Assembly (NCBI GenBank): GCA_964016885.1
Contig: OZ024761.1
Coordinates: 27,094,001-27,158,000, forward strand
Source: Eledone cirrhosa
Lineage: Eukaryota
Reading direction: 5' to 3'
DNA length: 64,000 bases
Shown here one piece after another: positions 1 to 10,100 of the stretch. Both the position numbers and the translations under genes were made by a program. Positions within the stretch are counted from its first letter, which is position 1, and every line of letters begins with the position of its first letter. The notes beneath the pieces are model-generated. The model searched no databases, was not told the DNA's origin, and saw nothing but the letters and a program-made list of their open reading frames with translations.

Positions 1-37
1 AACCATTTAGGGTTTACGGCATAAGCGAAAAAAAAAA

Positions 38-1160
38 TATTTACTATTTCATTAGCTCTGGCAGGTATCGAAAACCTCATATATAGATTCATTTTAATTT
101 CACCTACGTCAGAATCACGCATACATATTATTAATTTAAAAAAAAAAAAAAAAAATCATTTTCAGCGACAAAATACATACCTCCACTCGAGATATGTGTG
201 TGTGTGTGTGTGTGTGTGTTTGTGTATATTTTTATTATTATTCTGAACTGTAGTTTTAATTAAAAAAATATATATTATACTATTTCCTGTGTCCTCGCAG
301 ATATTGCAACTACATCTCTCTAGATTCATTTAAATACATTGCATTTGACTTACGTGAAATTAAGTATCATATAATTACTTTTTCAAATTTTGTTTTCAAG
401 TATCAAAATAAAAATACATTAGTAAGGTTTTCCACCTCATAAATGTGTGGTGGTTATAGACACTTAACTATTGTTATAGGGCTGTCGTATTTACAACTAT
501 GTGGGCATCTAATCCTTCCATCCTGCTGGTCTAAAAACAGCCAATTTATTTTTCCAGAGAGAGACATTTATTATGACTTTAAACGCTAATTTTTCACTTC
601 ACTTACGATTCCTTTTTCCTCTCTTTAGATTGAATAAACAAAACCCTTTTCCGTCTACAATTATATTCAACGTAGCTCATATCAGTCTTCACAGTAAAGA
701 TTTTGCTACATCTCATTCAAGCTGGTATGATAGTAACCACAAAGTAAAGTGTTTAGCTCAACATTTATTCCGTAGTAAGTGTCATAAGAAAGGTTTGTCT
801 GTCTAAAAACCTAACAAGTAGATTTCAAATTTATTGCTAATTAAACAAAAGTTTAAAATAATCCATATTAAAGCCACAACCATTTATTATCTACGTCTCA
901 CCCGAAGAAAAAAAACGATCAAATTATTACGAGGAGTGTAGACAGATGGATAAAGCTAATAAACAATTAATTTATACATATGCATGTACGTATTGTGTTT
1001 AAATATACTCCAACACAGACGGTGCCTACGAAAAACATAACATTACCGCCTATGAACAAATTTTGGCGTAATACTTACTAAATCTATTTTACCATTTGCT
1101 TAATGAACAAGCACATACATTGTTTGATATAATGAAAAAAAAAATATATATATATATACA
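38..1160. repeat. Internal module A1 (paralog of A2), present in every unit
   Basis: Shares blocks with 1161-1940, e.g. ttactatttcat-agctctggcaggtatcgaaaacctcatatatagatt, tgacttacgtgaa, atagacacttaactattgtt, agatttcaaatttat. Confidence 0.9.
573..806 (+). pseudogene. A1 short ORF (77 aa), open only in unit 1; possible decayed exon, product unknown
   Basis: Aligns in frame with the A2 ORF 1649-1891. Interrupted by TGA after codon 11 in all other units. Confidence 0.25.
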
Positions 1161-1940
1161 TATTACTATTTCATAAGCTCTGGCAGGTATCGAAAACCTC
1201 ATATATAGATTTATTTTAATTTCACTTACGTCGAAAACATATACATAATTATTTTTTTATAATTTATCGATTGGGTTTCCAATCTCAGAAATATCTCCAC
1301 TAGAGATGTGTGTGTTTCTCTTTATTATTCCTTTGAAATGATTTTTAGTCCTGGTAGATGTTGAAATCCCATCAATAGATTCATTTAAATATATTTTATT
1401 TGACTTACGTGAATTTAAAAAATGATATAATTTTCTTTAAAATTTTCCTTTCCAGTACAAAAATAAAAATACATTAGTATGTATTTCAGTCACACAAATG
1501 CGTTGGTTTCATAGACACTTAACTATTGTTGCAGGGATGCCGTAAATAGCGTCATGTGGGCATTTATACTACCCGGTTGAGACAATCCCAGCCTCCTAGT
1601 ATACAAATAGCCGATTAATTTTGCGAGAGAGAAAGAGATACTTTTATTATGTCTTTAAACGTTACTTTTGCGATTGAACTTTTCCTTTTTCCTCCCTTTA
1701 GACTGAATAAACCCAAACATTTTACGGCTACAATTCTATTCAACATTACGATATCTGCTTCAATCTGTTATTGGTGTGGTGGAGGAGTAGAACACAAAAT
1801 AAAATGTCGAGTTAATTATTTACTCCGTAAAAAGTGTCAAACGGTGGCACACTGGTATAAGATTTGGTGGTATAAACAAACTAACAAATAGATTTCAAAT
1901 TTATCGGCAGCTAAACAAAACTTTAAAATAAGCAATAATG
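1161..1940. repeat. Internal module A2 (older paralog of A1)
   Basis: Same blocks as A1 in the same order, with many substitutions. Confidence 0.9.
1649..1891 (+). pseudogene. A2 short ORF (80 aa); possible decayed exon, product unknown
   Basis: In-frame paralog of the A1 ORF. A 2-bp deletion (gaacac to gaac) breaks it in units 2-5, 7 and 8, and the ATG is lost in units 6-8. Confidence 0.25.
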
Positions 1941-2311
1941 AAGACAATTCAGACCAAATCTCACTTCCATATTAGCCTTTCAATTCAGTAGACCCTAATT
2001 ACTTTATTAATAATCACAAAACAAGGCCACTTATTCACACGAGTCCAGACAAAATATTCATTTAACAAGAATTACTACAACGATAGTGCAAGAAAATCGT
2101 TGTTTCTAAATCAGAGAACGTTTCTATAACAAACACAAGCGTATTAAAAGTAACAGGAATATTCATATTGCATAGAACCAGGAAATAACTGCTATCAAAT
2201 AGATGTTCTAGTGGCTAAGAACTTAATAGTTCCAGTTGTAATTGTGTTACACATATTCAGTAAGTATTTGCTAATTGAAATTATACTTTAAGGTATACTA
2301 AACTCACAAAC

Positions 2312-2313
<2 letters not shown>

Positions 2314-2347
<34 letters not shown>
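2314..2347. repeat. (TA)n microsatellite, length differs between units
   Basis: Direct reading; present in each unit and in the inverted arm at ~63758-63801. Confidence 0.95.
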
Positions 2348-2350
<3 letters not shown>

Positions 2351-2502
2351 TCAGCCAAATTAAAGAACGTAAACATTATTACAAGTAGTGTAAACATGAA
2401 TTAAAGAACATAAATGTACCACCAAGAAGGCTGCCTCAAGATATGCACTTCAAGAAGAAATACAACATATGCTTACGTCTACGACATAATTATGGCTGGA
2501 AA

Positions 2503-3088
2503 GGACATTCATTGAACATGAAGAATCTACTAGAGATAGAAGACAACAGAAACGAATATTTGTTATGATATTAAATATATTTCTTATACTGTCATGGCTT
2601 TTCTTTAAAACGTTTGAATCTCAATAAGGTGGAACAGATATTAATTACATTTGTTATATCATTATACTTTATCTTTAACTTTACTTATTATTTCTAACTC
2701 TTATTAGAAAGAACACAAACTTAATAAAATCCTATATCTGTATAAATATGTGTGTTTGTATTAAAGTAAATAATAATATGCATGTTGACGAGTTGTAAAA
2801 ACCAAGGAAGTCAATCTACAGTTCTACACTAACTCAGACGCCCCCCCGCCCACAAAAATAGACATGTTTCGTCTAATAAACGAATGTCAAATAATTGTTT
2901 CGGAAATACCGATGTAACACTAAATATATTACCGGTGCAACTATGTCAATTAAGCCTTTTATAAACTCACTCTAGTCATTTCAAATCGTGTTGAGAGTAA
3001 CGGGAATAAGAAAAAATAAACCGTTTGCCGAAGTTTCTAAATTTGTTAAAAATAATAGCGAAATCTGTGTCCAATGTATAATAAACCG
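2503..3088. repeat. Internal module B1
   Basis: ggacattca-tgaacatga...gatagaagaca-cagaaacga occurs at 2503 and again at 3089. Shared ccgaagtttctaaat and agtcatttcaaat blocks. Confidence 0.85.
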
Positions 3089-3612
3089 GGACATTCACTG
3101 AACATGACAAATCTACTACAGATAGAAGACATCAGAAACGACCATCCTACCTGAAATATTATATGTTATTTTAAATATATTTCTTTTACTATTATGTTTT
3201 TTTTTAAAAAAGATTGAGTCTGAATAAAGTGTAGAAAACTACAATTTAACTGTTGTTATATCATTATATTTTAGATTCAACTTAATAATAAAATCCGATA
3301 TGTGTATAGATATAATGTGTGTGAAAATATAATAATAAACTAGTTATACACTAACGCAGCCGACATAAGAAATGTTACCTCTAACGACCGACTGCCAAAC
3401 AGACTATGGCTCAGATATACCGGTGTAAAGCTAAAAATGTTAACGGTGGAACAATTTCAGTTTACCCTTTTATAGACACACTCCAGTCATTTCAAATTGT
3501 GTTCAAAGTACCGGGAATAAAATATACAAAAAAACATTTCCCGAAGTTTCTAAATCTGTTAAAGATAACAGCCAAATCTCTCACTCTGTCTCCGATGTGT
3601 AATAAACGGTGA
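3089..3612. repeat. Internal module B2 (direct paralog of B1)
   Basis: See B1. Confidence 0.85.
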
Positions 3613-3659
3613 CACACATATATATATAGAAAGAGAGAAACAGATATGTTTATATATAC

Positions 3660-3693
<34 letters not shown>

Positions 3694-3730
3694 ATATTAG
3701 TGAATATAATAGTATGTATATAAATATGCG
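3613..3730. repeat. Compound (TA)n(TG)n microsatellite left of the promoter cassette
   Basis: Direct reading; TG tract length varies between units. Confidence 0.9.
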
Positions 3731-3889
3731 TGTAATTAAATGTATATTATTCATATACAGGTATTCCGATGTATTTGCGTGTGTTATGGTCCTAGAGTAC
3801 CCGAGTATATTGAAAAACCGCGAACATTAGAGGTGGTCCATAAAAGTGCCTATAAACCTCAAAATATAACGTAAACTATAATAAACAAT

Positions 3890-4175
3890 AGAGGGATCGC
3901 CTTTTGCGAAGGGGCGTCCAATAGACCGGCAAATACGATATATTGTGATTAGTAATTTAGCGTTAAAACAATATATATTGTCATGAAATATAGAAATAGT
4001 TTTGACTGCTCTTTCTAGCATACTCTAGAAAAAACCGGAAGTGGAGAAAATTGAAAAACTTCTTCTTTTTCTTCCTCTAACTTTTCAAACAAAAGAAAAT
4101 TTTATGTAAACAAAAACGAAATTTTTGCCACGAACGATAACTCGTCTCTGACTTAAATCCAAATTTTGGATAAAA
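3890..4175. promoter_or_regulatory. Candidate (possibly bidirectional) Pol II promoter cassette, repeated in every unit
   Basis: Locally CpG-richer than its flanks. GGGGCG at 3911-3916, CCAAT at 3918-3922, degenerate HSE tTTCt-aGCAt-aCTCt-aGAAa at 4012-4031, and a perfect ETS/GABP-type ACCGGAAGTG at 4034-4043. Motif-based only. Confidence 0.5.
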
Positions 4176-4294
4176 AAAGCGTGTATGAAGTTTTCATATA
4201 CACACTTGTTATTACTAGCTAGTCCTTATTTTATTTTGTTTTGGGGTCTTTGACTCCTATTTCTAGCATGACAGACCTTTTCCTGTTGTTCACT

Positions 4295-4700
4295 ATGCAT
4301 GTATGCATAAATACATGGATGTATGTACATATATATGTATATATATATAAACTTTAATATAATCTTACAATAAATATTTGCTCTAGGGTATTTTATATAT
4401 ATATATATTATATACATAAAATCTTTATCGAGCTGTCTTCGGATTTTAGTTTTCACATTTATTATTACTATTTATATATATATAAATATATATATGTATG
4501 CGTTTATATATGTATATGATTATATATACATTTATATAGATTTAAATGTATGGAAAAGTATGGTTATATAGATACCTGTATATATATATATATTATAATA
4601 TATATATATTTATATATATTTCTTTATATATATATGTGTGCATATATAAACACACACACACAAACACACACATATATATATATATATATTTCTTTATACA
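4295..4700. repeat. Low-complexity TA/TG/CA microsatellite field right of the promoter cassette
   Basis: Direct reading; source of the IYIYIY artefact ORFs. Confidence 0.9.
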
Positions 4701-4854
4701 CTAGCAATATATTGAGTACATTTTATTTAATGTGGTTTCCACCTGACAGGGTGAGTCACAGCTAATGGCATCTATTGCCCAGAGTAGAAGATTTAACTGC
4801 TATGTCTAGCAGGTTTGGAATCTAATATTTTCCAAACAATTTTCCTTTACAACC

Positions 4855-5075
4855 TCCACTATGAACTTGATTTCAAATTACCGGGCAGTCGGTTGATAAT
4901 GGTAAACTGAAATATCTACACCGGTAACTTAATTAGTGTTACACCGCTATTGTTCAAACATAATCTATTTGGCATTCCTTAACGAAAGGCAGTTTGTTGT
5001 GTCGTCTTCAATAGAGTATGTATACATACACGTATTCCTAAACAGTTTGACATTTATTCATAAGAGGTAATGGTT
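4855..5075 (-). repeat. Inverted, degenerate relic of B-module core
   Basis: The reverse complement gaatgccaaatagattatg...cggtgtaacactaa...ttaccggtgtagatatttcagtttacc aligns to 3390-3465. Confidence 0.75.
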
Positions 5076-5284
5076 TTATTTAGACCTCGTCTCTTTTAGA
5101 ATAGATATACTCACAACACATCCATAAATTAATGAATTTCTCTATAATATGATATTAACGTTTTTATTTTTTACGAAAAAGCGTATTGTATATGTAGTTA
5201 TACATGCATTAAATTTAATATAAACACTCCGTTTGGGGCACAAATATTAATTATATTATTTTACATACACATCCATTATACAAA

Positions 5285-5285
5285 A

Positions 5286-5325
<40 letters not shown>
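5285..5325. repeat. (TA)n microsatellite (deleted in unit 8)
   Basis: Direct reading. Confidence 0.9.
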
Positions 5326-5634
5326 CTATTTATTTGTATCTTTGTGTAACTAGAATTACAGGTGATTCGCCCCTCCTCCAAGTAATTGATACTGTGACAA
5401 GACGGTTTCAGTTGGGTTTTATTCCAGAATTAAAGCAACTGTAAATTGTAAATAAAATTATGAACGAAAACACTGTTGCAGCATACATATAAACTTTATT
5501 GGCATATCAGAATTGTTTCAATATCGATATCTTTGGGTAGAATCATATATAGAAACAGAGATAGATTGATAGTGTGTGTGTTATTTTTCACCTGAAATCA
5601 ATATGCAAGCTGGCCCTTGTGTCTTCATTTTAAA

Positions 5635-5790
5635 GCGACATATTTCTACCTCCCGGTGATTTGAACTCAGTTTCAAGTTAGTCGATGGTATAATGAAGCA
5701 GAGAGACTATAAAAACGCTACACCGGTGGCATATTTAGTTTTACACCGGTACGACGTGCATGAAAGAGGTAATGTTTTATTTGTCTTCTG
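5635..5790 (-). repeat. Second inverted relic of B-module core
   Basis: The reverse complement cattacctct...taccggtgtaaaactaaatatgccaccggtg...gttcaaatcaccggga aligns to 3374-3516. Confidence 0.7.
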
Positions 5791-6056
5791 TGTTACAGGA
5801 TAACACTAGTTTAATTTTTTTAATTTATCCTACATGTTTGTAATATATATTCTCAACATAGCTATGATTTTATCTCAATTAGTAATTTCAACTCTTCGGA
5901 GGTTACTGCTCACATTTCATCTCTACCACTAAGACACTCTCCACAGATTTTCCTCTCCTCGTATCATCACCTAATGTTGTGTGAATCGCCACAAAGCCAA
6001 AGTTTCTCATTTCTAGCCCTTCTTGTCCAGAATGTCAGCTCCATGGAACTCCCTGT

Positions 6057-6121
6057 TTACTTCTTTCTGTAACAACAAGGTTTACAATACTTGAAGTACA
6101 TTGAATTTGGTTTCGGTGTTT
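6057..6121 (-). pseudogene. Candidate terminal exon fragment (one frame reads TPKPNSMYFKYCKPCCYRKK-stop)
   Basis: Acceptor-like tttgtttttattatag precedes it on the minus strand and a GC-richer UTR-like stretch follows. The phase is unproven. Confidence 0.2.
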
Positions 6122-6609
6122 CTATAATAAAAACAAACCCACCCCAAGCGTGTGTGTATAATAAACGCAAGGTTTGACCGAACAAGAATATAAAAATTAT
6201 TCCTTCTGACATTTACAACTTTTACATGGTATTATATTTTCATCATTACAGTATCGATAAAATGAAGTATCAGTAAAGAACTGGGATTATTGCTCGTCTT
6301 ATACTAAAAGTAAAAAGAATTATATTAAGGGGTTTATGTACATTAAACAATAAAATGACTACTACACTTAACGACACTTTGATATTAATAGACATATTAG
6401 TCTTCATAGTAACTTAAGAGTTTACTAGCTAGTTCATTTATGTGTGTTTGTCTTATCTGTAAAGAGAGTTTGAAATGGTATTGAAATGGTGTTGAATTGA
6501 AGCATGTTTATTTATATGCTGATAGTCATACCACGAGGGAGAGAAAAATAAAGCTTTAAATGGTATGACTACGTGTTCAAATTAAGCAAGTTTCTCATAG
6601 TATGAGGAT

Positions 6610-6698
6610 AAAAAAAAATTAACGTTATAATAAGTTGATTCGAAAGCCAACCACTGCATTCCCTAGTTCTATGTCTTACCACTAGACTATAAGGACCT
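6610..6698 (-). other. tRNA-like Pol III relic (A box/D-arm, degenerate B box, oligo-T)
   Basis: Minus strand reads ggtcctta-TAGTCTAGTGG-taagac (GTCT/AGAC D-stem), then gcttTTCGAATC-like sequence, then a T run. It does not fold into a full cloverleaf. Confidence 0.3.
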
Positions 6699-6984
6699 AG
6701 ACAATTTTTGTGTGAATCTATATCTATATAAACTTATTTTCAGTCTAACAATAAAATAGCTTTAAATGTGTTAATTTTCACTACATATTTGTTGATCTGT
6801 AGGTGGGCGTGTGGGTAGTAGTGGTTTATCTATGCATGCTTTATGTATGTATAGATTGGGGGTAGTGTTTCAATCTTCTTTATCTAAAATTAAAAGTATT
6901 TATATTTTTTTTAAATTAAAAGAACGCTCTCTATCTTCTGGGCTACCCGGGGCCACTATTATCTCGAAGCCACCTTTTTAGTTC

Positions 6985-7070
6985 CCCCTACGCTCGAACC
7001 TTCACTACCTAGCTACACAACCATTACCTACGATACAACATCACTTTACCACACGTCTACCAAGCTGCCG
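6985..7070 (-). mobile_element. Possible degenerate tRNA-derived SINE head
   Basis: Minus strand ggcagcttggtagacgtgtggtaaag ... GGTTCGAGC (B-box-like at 6992-7000). Confidence 0.2.
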
Positions 7071-7128
7071 TAATTCTACTGTGCAAATTTGATATATTTA
7101 AATCTAATTTAGCATTTCTTCATTGAAG

Positions 7129-10100
7129 AACCATTTAGGGTTTACGGCATAAGTGAAAAAAAAAATATTTACTATTTCATTAGCTCTGGCAGGTATCGAA
7201 AACCTCATATATAGATTCATTTTAATTTCACCTACGTCAGAATCACGCATACATATTATTAATTTAAAAAAAAAAAAAAATCATTTTCAGCGACAAAATA
7301 CATACATCGATAGGGTTTCAAATCTGAGAAATACCTCCACTCGAGATATGTGTGTGTGTGTTTGTGTATATTTTTATTATTATTCTGAACTGTAGTTTTA
7401 ATTAAAAAAATATATATTATACTATTTCCTGTGTCCTCGCAGATATTGCAACTACATCTCTCTAGATTCATTTAAATACATTGCATTTGACTTACGTGAA
7501 ATTAAGTATCATATAATTACTTTTTCAAATTTTGTTTTCAAGTATCAAAATAAAAATACATTAGTAAGGTTTTCCACCTCATAAATGTGTGGTGGTTATA
7601 GACACTTAACTATTGTTATAGGGCTGTCGTATTTACAACTATGTGGGCATGTAATCCTTCCATCCTGCTGGTCTAAAAACAGCCAATTTATTTTTCCAGA
7701 GAGATACATTTATTATGACTTTAAACGCTAATTTTGCACTTCACTTATGATTCCTTTTTCTTCTCTTTAGATTGAATAAACAAAACCCTTTTCCGTCTAC
7801 AATTATATTCAACGTAGCTCATAGTCTTCACAGTAAAGATTTTGCTACATCTCATTCAAGCTGGGATGATAGTAACCACAAAGTAAAGTGTTTAGCTCAA
7901 CATTTATTCCGTAGTAAGTGTCATAAGAAAGGTTTGTAGGTCTAAAAACCTAACAAGTAGATTTCAAATTTATTGCTAATTAAACAAAACTTTAAAATAA
8001 TCCATACTAAAGCCACAACCATTTATTATCTACGTCTCACCCGAAGAAAAAAAACGATCAAATTATTACGAGGAGTGTAGACAGATGGATAAAGCTAATA
8101 AACAATTAATTTATACATATGCATGTACGTATTGTGTTTAAATATACTCCAACACAGACGGTGCCTACGAAAAACATAACATTACCGCCTATGAACAAAT
8201 TTTGGCGTAATACTTACTAAATCTATTTTACCATTTGCTTAATGAACAAGCACATACATTGTTTGATATAATGAAAAAAAAAATATATATATATATACAT
8301 ATTACTATTTCATAAGCTCTGGCAGGTATCGAAAACTTCATATATAGATTTATTTTAATTTCACTTACGTCGAAAACATATACATAATTATTTTTTTATA
8401 ATTTATCGATTGGGTTTCCAATCTCAGAAATATATCCACTAGAGATGTGTGTGTTTCTCTTTATTATTCCTTTGAAATGATTTTTAGTCCTGGTAGATGT
8501 TGAAATCCCATCAATAGATTCATTTAAATATATTTTATTTGACTTACGTGAATTTAAAAAATGATATAATTATCTTTAAAATTTTCCTTTCCAGTACAAA
8601 AATAAAAATACATTAGTATGTATTTCAGTCACACAAATGCGTTGGTTTCATAGACACTTAACTATTGTTGCAGGGATGCCGTAATTAGCGTGATGTGGGC
8701 ATTTATACTACCCGGCTGAGACAATCCCAGCCTCCTAGTATACAAATAGCCGATTAATTTTGCGAGAGAGAAAGATACTTTTATTATGTCTTTAAACGTT
8801 ACTTTTGCGATTGAACTTTTCCTTTTTCCTCCCTTTAGACTGAATAAACCCAAACATTTTACGGCTACAATTCTATTCAACATTACGATATCTGCTTCAA
8901 TCTGTTATTGGTGTGGTGGAGGAGTAGAACAAAATAAAATGTCGAGTTAATTATTTACTCCGTAAAAAGTGTCAAACGGTGGCACACTGGTATAAGATTT
9001 GGTGGTATAAACAAACTAACAAATAGATTTCAAATTTATCGGTAGCTAAACAAAACTTTAAAATAAGCAATAATGAAGACAATTCAGACCAAATCTCACT
9101 TCCATATTAGCCTTTCAATTCAGTAGACCCTAATTACTTTATTAATAATCACAAAACAAGGCCACTTATTGACACGAGTCCAGACAAAATATTCATTTAA
9201 CAAGAATTACTACAACGATAGTGCAAGAAAATCGTTGTTTCTAAATCAGAGAACGTTTCTATAACAAACACAAGCGTATTAAAAGTAACAAGAATATTCA
9301 TATTGCATAGAGCCAGGAAATAACTGCTATCAAATAGATGTTCTAGTGGCTAAGAACTTAATAGTTCCAGTTGTAATTGTGTTACACATATTCAGTAAGT
9401 ATTTGCTAATTGAAATTATACTTTAAGGTATTCTAAACTCACAAACGTTTATATATATATATATATATATATATGCCTCAGCCAAATTAAAGAACGTAAA
9501 CATTATTACAAGTAGTGTAAACATGAATTAAAGAACATAAATGTACCACCAAGAAGGCTGCCTCAAGTGATGCACTTCAAGAAGAAATACAACATATGCT
9601 TACGTCTACGACATAATTATGGCTGGAAAGGACATTCATTGAACATGAAGAATCTACTAGAGATAGAAGACAACAGAAACGAATATTTGTTATGATATTA
9701 AATATATTTCTTATACTGTCATGGCTTATCTTTAAAACGTTTGAATCTCAATAAGGTGGAACAGATATTAAATACATTTGTTATATCATTATACTTTATC
9801 TTTACTTATTATTTCTAACTCTTATTAGAAAGAATACAAACTTAAAATCCTATATCTGTATAAATATGTGTGTTTGTAATAAAGTAAATAATAATATGCA
9901 TGTTGACGAGTTGTAAAAACCAAGGAAGTCAATCTACAGTTCTACACTAACTCAGACGCCCCCCCCCCCCCCCGCCCACAAAAATAGACATGTTTCGTCT
10001 AATAAACGAATGTCAAATAATTGTTTCGGAAATACCGATGTAACACTAAATATATTACCGGTGCAACTATGTCAATTAAGTCTTTTATAAACTCACTCTA

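Larger units (their letters stand above)
1..7128. repeat. Array unit 1 (reference coordinates used below; carries several private variants)
   Basis: Direct comparison with later units. Private 29-bp deletion after 180 and a private sequence around 4730-4780. Confidence 0.95.

Noticed and set aside
350-1930. Rescue of stop codons by cephalopod A-to-I editing
   Set aside because: Editing could only convert stops to Trp and cannot fix the frameshifts present. Nothing in the DNA supports it.
3406-3612. 68-aa ORF MAQIYRCKAKNVNG..., identical in 8 units and resembling the Ig YxCxAxNxxG motif
   Set aside because: Identity reflects recent duplication. The upstream DxG, Trp and first Cys are missing in frame, paralogous B cores have stops in this frame, and the adjacent donor motif is on the opposite strand.
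3898-3916. cgccttttgcgaaggggcg hairpin as a terminator or histone stem-loop
   Set aside because: Short G-U-dependent stem with no U tract and no match to the histone stem-loop consensus. Better explained as GC-box sequence.
4226-4765. ORFs rich in IYIYIY/HTHT/CVCV here and at equivalent positions, including 24812-25333 and 61558-63954
   Set aside because: Translations of (TA)n/(CA)n microsatellites. Their lengths change with repeat slippage.
5718-5755. ACCGGTG...CACCGGT hairpin as a miRNA precursor
   Set aside because: Only ~7 bp pair, an automatic result of two self-palindromic motifs, and far shorter than a pre-miRNA stem.
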